DNA of 64,000 nt from Candidatus Cloacimonadales bacterium (GTDB lineage: Bacteria > Cloacimonadota > Cloacimonadia > Cloacimonadales > JAFGVF01), in NCBI GenBank assembly GCA_963662585.1, contig OY759729.1, forward strand, positions 1,504,001 through 1,568,000, read 5' to 3'. Position 1 is the stretch's first letter, and each line of letters begins with the position of its first letter. A program made the position numbers and the translations under genes. Shown in pieces: positions 29,252-40,900 of this stretch. The notes below the pieces were generated by a model. It did no database searches. It worked only from the letters and a program-made list of their open reading frames with translations, and was not told where the DNA came from.

Positions 29252-30515
29252 TTTTTAAAATCCTTTTAATAATCTCTTTACCTGTTGCTTTGATTGCAGG
29301 TACTGCTACAGAATTTCCAAATTGCTTGTATGCTGAAGCATCAGCCACTGGGATAATAAAGTTATCAGGGAATCCTTGTAACCGTGCCCACTCTCGTGGA
29401 GTCATTTTTCTTATACCTTCCCTATTCACTCTGCCTTTAATATGAGTTACAGGAGTAAAATTTCTTAATCTATCATCATAGACTAGGTTTCTTTCTCTAC
29501 CCATTCCACCACATAAAACAGCATTAGCAATTCCATTATCTGAAATTATTTCATAACCAAAACCATTGCCCTTGCTTTGATGTCTTTGTTTGTGCTTGAT
29601 TAAAGTAGACAAATATGTTTCTGATAGATAGTATTTTACTGAAACTTCTCTTTTCTCTTTTATATCTTCAAAAGTAGTTAATTTATTAAGGGGCTTAGGA
29701 TATTCAAAACTGTCTATACCCAAATCTTTTCTAAATCCCACTATATAAATTCTCTCTCTATTTTGAGGGACCCCATAATCTTTAGCGTTCATAATTTGCG
29801 GTGCTGGTACATAATATCCTAAATCATTCCTAAGAACATTCAATATAGTTGAGAGTGTTTTACCTTTATCATGATTAACTAAGCCTTTAACATTCTCAAG
29901 GAATATCGCTTTAGGTTTTTTTCTCTTTATAATCTCGGCAACTTCAAAGAACAGGGTTCCTCTTGTATCTTCAAATCCTCCTCGTTTTCCCGCTATAGAA
30001 AATGCTTGACATGGGAATCCGGCACATAGAACATCAAATTTGTCAGGGATATAACTTTTTGTTTCTTCCTTAGTTATATCTCCAAAAGGTACCTCTCCAA
30101 AATTAGCTTGATAAGTCTTCTTTGCTTGTTCATCCCACTCACTTGTAAAAACACATTTCCCTCCAAGTTCTTGCATCGCTATTCTAAAACCACCGATACC
30201 AGCAAATAAATCAATGAAATCAAACTTTATATCAATAGGCTTTGGGAATGGGACTTCATTTTTAAATTCAGTTATTAAATATTGTAGTGCATTTTCAGCA
30301 ACTTCATTGCTAATTATTTCTTCAGGAAATTTGTATTTCAGTACTTTTTTTACTTGCTTAACAGCTTCATTCTTGAACAATTTAGATCCTTGATCACTTT
30401 GGTTATTCATATAATGTGTAAAAGCAGCTTCTCCATATTCATTAATATCACCACTTTTTTTTTTCTTCTTTTTATTATAAAATTCTTCTACTTCTATTTT
30501 ATCTTTTAATATCAT
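29238..30515 (-). CDS. DNA (cytosine-5) methyltransferase, M.HpaII-like (probably CCGG)
   Basis: FAGIGG, GFPCQ, ENV, QNRER and YKQFGNSV motifs; target-recognition region 'RHQSKGNGFGYEII...GGMGRERNLV' resembles M.HpaII as I recall it. Confidence 0.92.
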   Translation of the reverse strand: MILKDKIEVEEFYNKKKKKKSGDINEYGEAAFTHYMNNQSDQGSKLFKNEAVKQVKKVLKYKFPEEIISNEVAENALQYLITEFKNEVPFPKPIDIKFDFIDLFAGIGGFRIAMQELGGKCVFTSEWDEQAKKTYQANFGEVPFGDITKEETKSYIPDKFDVLCAGFPCQAFSIAGKRGGFEDTRGTLFFEVAEIIKRKKPKAIFLENVKGLVNHDKGKTLSTILNVLRNDLGYYVPAPQIMNAKDYGVPQNRERIYIVGFRKDLGIDSFEYPKPLNKLTTFEDIKEKREVSVKYYLSETYLSTLIKHKQRHQSKGNGFGYEIISDNGIANAVLCGGMGRERNLVYDDRLRNFTPVTHIKGRVNREGIRKMTPREWARLQGFPDNFIIPVADASAYKQFGNSVAVPAIKATGKEIIKRILKNVKR

Positions 30516-30842
30516 TTATAATATCCTTAATTCTATCTATATAATTATTCAGGTTATTCTTAATCTATTTATTCCCAGAATCGAAAAAACCCCAAGCAGT
30601 TTTTTTCAGTATTTACTAATATATTTTTGATACTTCTTCTATTTATTAAGACAATCTACTTAATATTACCTAATTAACGATATATATTAATCATATAGTT
30701 CTGTCAATTATATCTTGTCATTTTTTTAATCCTGAATGAATTTAATTAACTTCATTAATATTTCTCAGTATATTCTAACATACAAATTATCCAGTCCTAA
30801 TTAATATGACCCATTTTTTAGCACTTATCTTTTTCTTATCCC

Positions 30843-31220
30843 TTGTCCGCTGGCGCGGCCAAGGACTCCCGTGAGTGGACTCTTGGAGTGTCTAGCGAAT
30901 ACTCTCTATTATATGGCATCCCGCTGGGATTATCATTGCTTCACAATGAGGCGAACAAGCTGTCCACCTTCCGACAGAAGAGATCTTATCACATTCTCAA
31001 AGCTTTACTAAAACTCTGTGAAAACTTCTTAAAACTCATCTTAGCTCTGTGTTAAGGGACTTTTGAAGAAAGGCGAACAAGCTGTCCACCGTCCAACAGA
31101 AGAGATCTTATCACATTCTCAAAACTTTACTAAAACTCTGTGAAACTCATGTCTTGCGGACACTCCCTATTATATGGCATCCAGCTGGGATTAAAGATGT
31201 CATCATCCAGCTGGGATTTA
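30843..31220. repeat. REP-mosaic cluster right of the R-M pair
   Basis: Two ~75-bp direct copies GGCGAACAAGCTGTCCACC..CAGAAGAGATCTTATCACATTCTCAAA.. (~30950 and ~31072) related to the 310-bp unit. TATTATATGGCATCC.GCTGGGATT occurs at ~30907 and ~31168, with a partial copy at ~31204. Confidence 0.8.
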
Positions 31221-31680
31221 ATAAAAATCCTCTCCATCTCTCACTCACCCCGTCATTCTATCTATCTTCTCTAATCAAAAATCTGTCCTCTCATAAAACT
31301 ATAGGGCCCACTTTTTTTAAAATTGGTCCACTTTCTTGAATTTTTCTTAATTAACTTCCCCTTATAGAATATATTCTATAAGGTCGATAAATAAAGTTAG
31401 TTTCGTATAACAAAATTATATCCCTGTAAAATCCTTACGATTTCCTTTGATACTTGATACTCTTCCTCTGCTCCACCACTCTCATCTCAAATAAAATTCA
31501 AATAATCTTTAAGTTGAGTGAGAAGGAGGAAGGGAAATGCAGTAAATAATGCTTGAAAAAGACCCTAGAACTTCCTTCTTAATTCTAAACAAGTATGCCC
31601 CAAAAATAAGAGGAAGTTAAAGCCTATCTATTGTAGTAGCTAGGTTTAACTTCCTCGATTAAGTAATTTATAAATTTAAG

Positions 31681-32712
31681 CTATTTTACTTTTATGTATT
31701 CAGCTAATAATTTAATTGTGTTCTCTACACCACTTCTATGGGTTCTTTCGTAGCCATGAGAAGCAAAGACGCCAGGTCCGATAAGACCATGTCTGATATC
31801 ATAACCAGCTCTGAGAGTAGCTTCTACATCTGAACCATAAAAAGGATAAATATCAAGTGAGTGTTCTAATTTATTAGTTTCAGCGATTTTAATTAAATCA
31901 TTAGTTAAATCAAAATCATAAGGTCCACCACTATCTTTTACGCAGATAGAGACTTTGAATTCATCAGTAGTTAAATCATCTCCTACAGCACCCATATCAA
32001 CAGATATCATATCAACTGTATCTTCTGGGATTCCTGATGAACCACCATGTCCTACTTCTTCATAGGTAGTAAAAAGAAGAGATACTTTGCGAGAAAGAGT
32101 AATCTTCTCATCTGCAACCATTTTAGCTAAAGCAATTAAAAGTCCTGCAGATGCTTTATCATCTAAATGACGAGATTTAATAAAACCTGATTTAGTTACT
32201 TTGGTGCGAGGATCAAGGGAAATGAAATCGCCTACTTTGATACCTAATTTTTCTACATCTTTTTTGGAAGTAACTTTCTCATCAAGAATAATTTCTACTG
32301 TTTCGTCGTTTCTTGTCATTGAACCCACATCTTTATAAACATGAACAGCTGGATGAATCAAATAGGCAGTTCCTTCGAACTCTTTACCATCTCTAGTGTG
32401 CACAATAATATTTTCATTTTCAATATTATTTTCAGGATAGCCACCGATTCTGGTGTGTCTGATTCGACCATTTCCTTTAATAGACCTTACCATAGCTCCA
32501 AGGGTATCAACATGAGCAGCAAGAAGAAGATGTTCTCCTTCTCCCCCTAAAGTTACGATAACAGCCTTCTTGCGTGTATAAGTAGGGTCAAATCCCATAT
32601 CTTTAAATGTTTTCATTAAATACTCAGTAGCTTTTTGAGTATAACCAGATGGACTGGGAATATTACACAAATTAACTATCTGCTTTACTGCTAAATCTGT
32701 ATATTTCTTCAT
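31681..32712 (-). CDS. M42 family metallo-aminopeptidase
   Basis: AHVDTLG, SRHLDDK, TYEEVG, YGSD and SHGYERTH motifs. Confidence 0.92.
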   Translation of the reverse strand: MKKYTDLAVKQIVNLCNIPSPSGYTQKATEYLMKTFKDMGFDPTYTRKKAVIVTLGGEGEHLLLAAHVDTLGAMVRSIKGNGRIRHTRIGGYPENNIENENIIVHTRDGKEFEGTAYLIHPAVHVYKDVGSMTRNDETVEIILDEKVTSKKDVEKLGIKVGDFISLDPRTKVTKSGFIKSRHLDDKASAGLLIALAKMVADEKITLSRKVSLLFTTYEEVGHGGSSGIPEDTVDMISVDMGAVGDDLTTDEFKVSICVKDSGGPYDFDLTNDLIKIAETNKLEHSLDIYPFYGSDVEATLRAGYDIRHGLIGPGVFASHGYERTHRSGVENTIKLLAEYIKVK

Positions 32713-32722
32713 ATAAATACCT

Positions 32723-32926
32723 CTATATCTTATTATTATTAACTAACTCTGTAAAATGTTCATAGGTTCTATCCCAATTAGCTTCTTCATCCTTGGGAAA
32801 GAAACAGCCAGGAAGCTGTCTTTTTGACCTATGAAATTCTAAGCATTCGCAACATACCCCTTTTTTGGCACAACCAGGGTAAGAGCAATTGCATCTTTTC
32901 ATATTCTCATTTTTCTTACATTCCAT
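32723..32926 (-). CDS. Small Cys-rich protein (DUF6485-like)
   Basis: 'CNCSYPGCAKKGVCCECLEFH...LPGCFF' pattern. Confidence 0.7.
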   Translation of the reverse strand: MECKKNENMKRCNCSYPGCAKKGVCCECLEFHRSKRQLPGCFFPKDEEANWDRTYEHFTELVNNNKI

Positions 32927-33231
32927 TATAAATCTTCCACTTCTGAATAAAGTACAGTTGACCAGATTTCAGCTTCTGGTTGTTTGGTCATGAAAGGATC
33001 AAATTCAGCAAGAATCTTCTTAAAAATACCTGTTTTCATAAACTCTTCAGCATAGATTTTTTCAGCCCAAGTTCCAATTGCTAAGGCATTTCCATCTGGT
33101 TTAGCCAAGAACTGCATTCTGATAAAACCTTCTCTTTCTTCAGCTAATTCCAGTACTTGTTCTTCCCATTTTTCAATACATTCAACCATTTTTTCAGGTT
33201 TAAAATAATAACGCATTGTTGCTGTGTACAT
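32926..33231 (-). CDS. Antibiotic biosynthesis monooxygenase (dimeric alpha-beta barrel) domain protein
   Basis: ~100 aa with a 'FKPEK...REGF...AIGTW' pattern. Confidence 0.6.
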   Translation of the reverse strand: MYTATMRYYFKPEKMVECIEKWEEQVLELAEEREGFIRMQFLAKPDGNALAIGTWAEKIYAEEFMKTGIFKKILAEFDPFMTKQPEAEIWSTVLYSEVEDL

Positions 33232-33259
33232 AATTTAACTCCTTATCTTAATTTTTAAC

Positions 33260-34657
33260 TTATTGTTCATTTTCTTGAACTTTGCTCGTAATTGTCAATT
33301 GTTTTTTTGCTTTTGCGCCTAATTCTCTCATTTTCTCTGCTCTCCTCACTAAATTTCCGCTTCCATCTTTTAATTTATTCATCGAGAAATTGTAGTTATT
33401 ATTAAGATCAGAGATATTTTTTCCTATTTTTTCTAAATCACCAACAAAATTACAGAACTTATCATACATCTTCCCTCCCTCTTCTGCAATTTCTAAAACA
33501 TTTCTGGTTTGGTACTCACTCCGCCAAATCTGTTTAATCATTCTAAGGACATAGATTAAGGTGCTAGGCCCAACGATCATTACATTTTTATCCATTGCTT
33601 CGGAGAATATCTGATTATCATTTTCCAAAGCCAGCAAATAAGCTGATTCTATTGGAAGAAACATCAGCACATGGCTAAGAGTATTAATCCCATCTAGTTT
33701 CTGATATTCCTTAGCTGAAAGCTCATTTGCATGTTTTTTAACAGAAAGCAAGTGTTCCTTTAGTGCTTGATCTTTCTCATTTTCACTAGTAGCACTAACG
33801 AATTTTTCATAGGCAGTAAGAGAAGTTTTAGCATCCACCACGATATCTCTATCTTCAGGAAGCTTAATAATTACATCAGGATATTTACTCTTATTATCAC
33901 TATCAATGAAGTGAGCTTGGGTAAAATATTCAATATTTTTGTCTAAACCAGAATCCTCAAGAACTCTTTCTAATTTCATCTCTCCCCAATTACCTTGCTT
34001 TTTAGGATCTCTTTTGAGAGCATTGGTTAAATTCTTAGCCTCAAGGTTAAGGGTCTCATTTAAATTTCTTAAGTTAATGATTTCACTTTTTAAGGAAGCT
34101 CTATCTTTATTCTCACTATCATAAACTTGATCAACTCTTTTTCTAAACTCTTCTAATTGAGTTTTCATGGGAGTTAGGAGATTAGTCATATTCTCTTGAT
34201 TAGTCTCTTTAAACTTAGAACTCTTTTCCTCAAATATCTTATTAGCAAGAAGTTCAAAGTCTTTTTTTAGATTATCCTTAGCTTCTGTAAGAAGAGTAAT
34301 TTTCTCTTCAAAATGACGCTTATTAGACTCATCTTGAGTCTTTATTGTCGTATTCTCTTTTAACAAGTCATTATTAGCTTGAAGAAGTTTCTCTAAATCC
34401 TCTTTGAGAGAATTAGAAGTAGAGTTAAGATATTGAATTTCACTCTTTAGCCTTTCAGCTTCTATCTCTTTACTCCTAAGTTGATTACTAAGCTCTGACA
34501 AGCTAATATCGAACTCTTTTTGCATTTCATTCTTTAATTGTGTTTCAGCTAAATATGATTGAGATTTGAGTAATTTCTTTTGAACCACAGCTGTTAAAAT
34601 TGCCCCAATTATTGCTCCAATTAAGAGAATAACTAGATATAAAGTTACATTTTCCAT
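33260..34657 (-). CDS. rmuC: DNA recombination protein RmuC
   Basis: TM helix and coiled coil, then 'QGNWGEMKLE', 'PDVII', 'VVDAK', 'LMFLPIE' and 'VGPSTL'. Confidence 0.93.
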   Translation of the reverse strand: MENVTLYLVILLIGAIIGAILTAVVQKKLLKSQSYLAETQLKNEMQKEFDISLSELSNQLRSKEIEAERLKSEIQYLNSTSNSLKEDLEKLLQANNDLLKENTTIKTQDESNKRHFEEKITLLTEAKDNLKKDFELLANKIFEEKSSKFKETNQENMTNLLTPMKTQLEEFRKRVDQVYDSENKDRASLKSEIINLRNLNETLNLEAKNLTNALKRDPKKQGNWGEMKLERVLEDSGLDKNIEYFTQAHFIDSDNKSKYPDVIIKLPEDRDIVVDAKTSLTAYEKFVSATSENEKDQALKEHLLSVKKHANELSAKEYQKLDGINTLSHVLMFLPIESAYLLALENDNQIFSEAMDKNVMIVGPSTLIYVLRMIKQIWRSEYQTRNVLEIAEEGGKMYDKFCNFVGDLEKIGKNISDLNNNYNFSMNKLKDGSGNLVRRAEKMRELGAKAKKQLTITSKVQENEQ

Positions 34658-34952
34658 TATACCTCCAAACTGTATTTATAATATTTTAATGATTATTACT
34701 GTCAATTATTATTTTTGCTACTTTTAAAGTAAAGGTCTAGAATATTGAAAAATACAAAATACAACTATTGAGTTTTACTAACATGTTTCGTATATCAATA
34801 TTTATTAGAATAAAAATAAAATTATATTGACATAAATTTATTATAATTATTTATTAGCTATATATTAAAGGCAGGAGCTATATAGTGATTATTACTAGCT
34901 TTTTTAGATTCATTGTATAGTTAAATGTCATATTATCTAGGAGAAAAAAAAT

Positions 34953-37900
34953 ATGAGAGAAAAGATTTTTTTAATTGTTCTTATTATAATATCAACCACT
35001 TGCTTACTTTTGGCAGATACTACAATTATCAATTATGGGGACAACCAAGTAAATTTAAAGGAAAATTTAGAAACTGAGATTTTAATTGACTACAATCTTA
35101 ATTCTGTTTCAACTAGAGATTACTCATCACCACAGGGTAATTTCACTCAGTTATATTTAGATAACTTTGGTTTAACTGGAGAAATAGGTAAAGCTCAACT
35201 TCCTTATAGCTCAAAAATTATTGCTGTTCCTGAAGGAGCCAAAATTGTTACTGAGTTACAGGCAGATTCACCAATTTTAATCAAGCTTAATGAAATAGGA
35301 GTAAATAATAGAATCTTCCCTGCTCAGCCATCTGTATCAAAAAGTTCTAAACCTGAAGATATAGTCTTTGTGATCGATGATAAAACATATAATTCTGTTG
35401 GCTTTATACCACAAAGACAAGTTGAAGTGATCGAACTTGGCTATCAAAGAGGAATGAGACTTTTTGAAGTTAATTACTATCCTGTTGCCTATAATCCAGC
35501 AGAAAATACTCTCTCTATTATCCAAAATGCTAGCCTAAAGATAAAATTTGAAGGTGCTGATCTAATAGCTACTCAATATTTGAGAGATAAAAATTATTCA
35601 CCAGCTTTTGAAGCAAACTATGCTTCTACAATATTTAACTATAGGAATAATCGTTCTACTTTAGAATCATATCCCCTTGGCTACATAGTTGTGGCTCCTA
35701 GTAATTACTTAGATACTTTAGAGCCCTTTATTGAGTGGAAAACCCAACAAGGTTTTAATGTTACTATTTTAGATGTAACTACTATTGGTGCGTCAACAAC
35801 AGCTGTTAAATCAGCTATTGCTAATATTTGGAATAATGCTAGTCCAAGTAACCCTGCACCATCTTATCTTCTTATTTGTGGAGATGTTGCCCAAGTACCT
35901 GCTTTTACGGGAACAACAGACTCTGGTCATGTTACCGACTTAGATTATGTTAAATTAGAGGGTTCAGATTATCTCCCAGAGATGTATTATGGAAGATTTT
36001 CTGCCACTAGCACAAGTCAATTAACTACAATCGTGAATAAAACTTTAATGTATGAAAAATATGAAATGCCTGATCCTTCCTACTTAGAAAGAGCAACACT
36101 TATTGCTGGAGTTGATGCTGACTGGGCTCCAACTCATGGTAATGGAACACTTAATTACGGTTCTCAATACTATTTTAATTCAGCTCATAACATTGATGCT
36201 ACTACCTATTACTATCCTGCTTCAGGATCAAGTGAATCCAGTATTTTTGCTGACATTAATGCTGGATTAGGTTATTTAAATTATACTGCCCATGGTTCAG
36301 AAACTACATGGTACGATCCTAGTTTTACTGTTAGCAATGTAAATAGCCTCACTAATGTGCAACAATATCCAGTGGTTGTTGGTAACTGTTGTTTAACAAA
36401 CCATTTCGATACAGCAACTTGTTTTGGTGAAGCGTGGCTAAGAGCTTCTAATGGTTCGGTGATTTATATTGGTGGAACTAATTCTACTTATTGGGATGAA
36501 GATTACTGGTGGTCAGTTGGACATTTTTCTCCTACTTCAACAGCTAATCCTACTTATGCTGGTACTGGACTTGGTATGTTTGATGCTCTTTTCCATGAAA
36601 ACGGCGAAGAGTATGTTAACTGGGTTAATAGTGCAGGATCAATGGTTTATCGCGGAAATATGACGGTTCAAGGTTCTTCTTCAACCCTAAAAAACTATTA
36701 TTGGGAAATCTATTCAATCATGGGTGACCCTTCTTTAATTCCTATGGTTGGTATCCCTGATGCTCAAACTCCTAATTATGCTAATAATCTCTTATTAGGT
36801 GCCACATCATTAGATGTTACTGCAGCACCCTACTCCTATGTAGCTCTTACTGTAGATGGAGTTATTATTGGTACACAACTCTTAGATTCTAACGGTTCAG
36901 GAACTGTTAATTTCCCAGCTTTAACTACACCTCAATCGGTAAGAATGGTAATCTCAAGAGTTGATTATCAGCCTTACATTGTAGAAATTCCTGTTATTAC
37001 AGCCAATGGACCTTACTTAACTTTAGCAGATTATTCAGTTAATGATGCCAATAACAATGGTATATTAGAGTATGGAGAAACAGCTTCTTTAAATTTAGTT
37101 ATTGAGAATATTGGAACCTCTGCTTCAAGTGCCGGAACTATTACTTTCAGTGAATCAGACCCATTCTTATCTTTAACCTCTACATCAGCTTCAGTAAGTT
37201 CAATAAGTGCTGAAAGCTCTCTTAATGTTAACAATGTAATTAACTTCTCTATTGCTAATAACATACCTAATGATCATACTATGTCACTTTCTTATGTTAT
37301 CATAGCAGATGGAGAAGAATACACAGGGAGTATTACTTTAACTGGTAAATCCTATGATATGGAGATTACTAATATCTCTATTGATGATACTGAATCAGGT
37401 AATGGGAATAATGTCATTGATGTAGGTGAAACTTTTGAAATAGTTGTGCTTGTTGAGAATAATGGTGCAGCAAACTCTCCAACAAATGCTATTTCCATCG
37501 CTAATGCAAGCTATATTTCTTATAATAGTACTAGCCTTACAGTACCAGCATTAACAGCAGGAAACAGTCAAGAAGTTAGCTTTACTGCTTCAGCATCAAG
37601 CTCTATCCCAGCAGGCCAGTTAGTTACTTTTACTGTAAATGCTAATTATCCAAATGGAAGTACAGAATTTAGCCAAGAGTTCTTAGCAGCTTTACTTCAA
37701 ATTGGACAAGGGACAGTTACCGATGCTCATCTTCCAATGGAGCCTTTTTATGGTTATTCTTATAGCCAATCCATATACACTGCTTCTGAACTTAATCTAG
37801 GAGTTTCTCAGATTAATAAAATAGCTTATCAATATAATGGTAACAGCTCTTGGACTGATGCTATTGTTATTTACATGGGGAATACAACTAAATCTAGTTT

Positions 37901-40900
37901 TACTTCTAGCTCTGACTGGGTCTCTTCTACCAACCTAACTCAAGTCTATAGTGGTTCTTTTATAGCTCCAGCAACTGCTGGCTGGATTGAAATAGAGCTC
38001 ACTACTCCATTTAATTATGATGGAACAAGTAATTTAGTTATTGGTTTTGATGAGAATACATCTGGATATCATGCAAGTAGTGACGAATTCTATTGTTATG
38101 CTTCCGGCTCTGATAGATCTATCTATTATTATAGCGATGGCACAAACCCTAACCCCGCTTCTCCTCAAGCAATGTCTGTTTCAGCTAACAATCCTAATCT
38201 CAGGATCTTTTCATCAGCAAGTACTTTAGGACCTGAAATTGCTCTTAATACCACTTCCCTTGATTTCGGAGAGGTAATAATTGGTAATTCAGCTACTAAA
38301 GATTTTGTTATCTCTAATACTGGTGGAGCAAGCTTAACTGGAACTATCACCTTACCTGAGAACTTTACCTTTGCCGGTAGAAATAGTGATAAAGAAGTTG
38401 TTAACACAAGAACTTCTTCCCAAAACTTCACCATCCCAGTAGGAAATAATCAAACTTATAGCGTAATTTTTACTCCAACAATTGAACTTTGCTATAACAA
38501 TAACCTAGAAATTAGTCATAATGCTGACCAATATTCAAGCTATATATCACTTGTAGCTTGTGGTATTAAACCAACTTACTCTTCTACAACCAGATTAATT
38601 AATAAGACTCTTGCTCCTGATACTCAAGATAGCTATTCTTATGTGATTGAAAATACAGGAAGTGGAGATTTAGAAGTATTATTAGAAATCACTGATGCAG
38701 AGAGAAATAGTGGTGGACCTGATACCTATGGTTATACTTGGAAAGATAGTAACGAATCTGATGTCTCCTATAACTGGATAGATATAAGCTCAACCGGTAC
38801 AATAATTTCTGAGGGTGATGATATTTTAGAAGAGATTACTCTACCTTTCACCTTTACTTTCTATGGAGAAGATTATACTGCTGTAAATGTCTGTTCTAAT
38901 GGATTTTTGAGTTTTAATAGTACATCGACAGCTTATACTAATACAACAATTCCGAATGCAACTACTCCTAATGCTCTATTAGCAGCTTTCTGGGATGATT
39001 TGAAAGCTACAGGATCTTCTTTTGGAAACATCTATTATCAAAACTTCTCTACTTACTCTGTAATTCAATGGGAGAATGTTTCTCACTATAATAGTACTAC
39101 TCCTGTTAATAATGAGACCTTCCAAGTAATTCTTTATAATAATGGTGATATTAAATATCAATATAAAACAATATTAGATGATGCCGATTGTACTGTAGGA
39201 ATAGAAAATCAAGCTGGTGATGATGGTTTGTTATTAACTTATAACTCTACATTCTTAGAAAATGAATATGCAATAATGTTCACAAGTGGAACTTCAACTA
39301 ATAACTGGCTCTCACTTTCTTCTGATGCTCTTGTTATTCCTGAAGGTTCTTCAGAAACTATTTCTGTAAACTTCGATGCTAGAGACTTAGAGTTGGGGAC
39401 TTATAATAAAAACATCTTCGTAATCACAAATGACCCTGAGCATCAAGAGATAACAATACCAGTTACTTTATTAGTAGGTGGATCTGCTAGCCCTGATATT
39501 TTAGTAGATAAACAGGCAATTGATTTTGGTACTGTAATGACTAATGATGAAATACTTGAATCTATCACAATAACTAATATTGGTGGTGAAACACTAACAG
39601 GTAATGTTTCTGCTACAAATAGTTTTACTCTTACCGAAGCAAGAGGCAATGTATCTAAGAATGATATTTTAGCTGATCATAAAGGTTTAAGAAGAGTTCG
39701 GAACTTAGACTTCTCTCTTGAACCAGCTCAATCTAAAATTTATTACCTTAGCCACACAACAGCCATAGCAGACTCATACGAGGGTGATCTAACTATTACC
39801 TCTAATGACCCTGAAAACTCAGAAATAGCTATTCCTTTGACTCTTGAGGTCCTTAATCCTGCATTAATCTCTATTGATCCTCAAAGCATTGAATTAACTT
39901 TGCAAGCAGACCAAACAACAAGCAGAGATTTAACTATAAGTAATACTGGTGATTTAGATTTAAACTGTACTTTAACACTTCAAACTAATGAAAATAGAGA
40001 TGTATTTGAAATATTCTCTGCTAACTTTGATGATAACGATTTAACCGGTTGGGATATCGATTATCTCTATTCTGCTGACCATACATGGCATATTGCTGAA
40101 GACTATAGTGGTTCAAGCATAGATGGAAGCTCTTTCTTATTTATAGATAGTGATGCAGCAGGTTCTGGCAACGCTATAGATGATACTATCGAAAGCCCTC
40201 TTTTCAATGTTTCTAACTATGAAACTATAACTATTGAATTTGATCATTATTTTAATAAATATAGTGAAGAAATTGCTGATGTTGATTTCTGGACTGGTAC
40301 AGAGTGGATTAATATTGCTCAGTGGCAAGGGGAAGATATAGGCTATTGGTCTGCCCCTAATCACTTCACTTACACTTTGACTAACGAGGGATACAGTGAT
40401 GTGAAGCTCAGATTCCATTATTATGATGCTATTTATGAATATTATTGGGCTATTGACAACTTGGTTGTTTCTGGAGAAGGTAGTCCTGCTCCACAATGGG
40501 TAAGTATGGATTCTGAATTCAATAGTTTCACTGTTTTGCCTAATTCTAATGAAGTTATTTCTCTTAACTTCTCCTCTACTGATTTTGTAGCTGGAGAATA
40601 TACAGCAAGCTTAAATATTCAATCAAATTCTGCAACTAATAGTAGTTTAGATATTCCTGTTACCCTAACTATAAGAGAATTAGAAAATGAACCTGACTGG
40701 GAGCCTGTTATCTATCCTAACAATAGTGCCACTATCTATGCCGAAGTTACTCATTTAAGCTCAGATATTGCTGCTGATGATATTGTTTCAGCTTGGGTGG
40801 GAAATGAGTGTCGTGGAATTGGTTCTATAGTTATCGTTGATAGAAGTCAAGCTTTCACAACTATTGTTGTTCAATCGAATGGTTCAGCAGAAAATGTATA

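Noticed and set aside
30843..31339. Short ORFs 30843-31055 and 31154-31339
   Set aside because: They overlap REP-like repeats, have TTG starts without RBS, and show no recognisable motifs.
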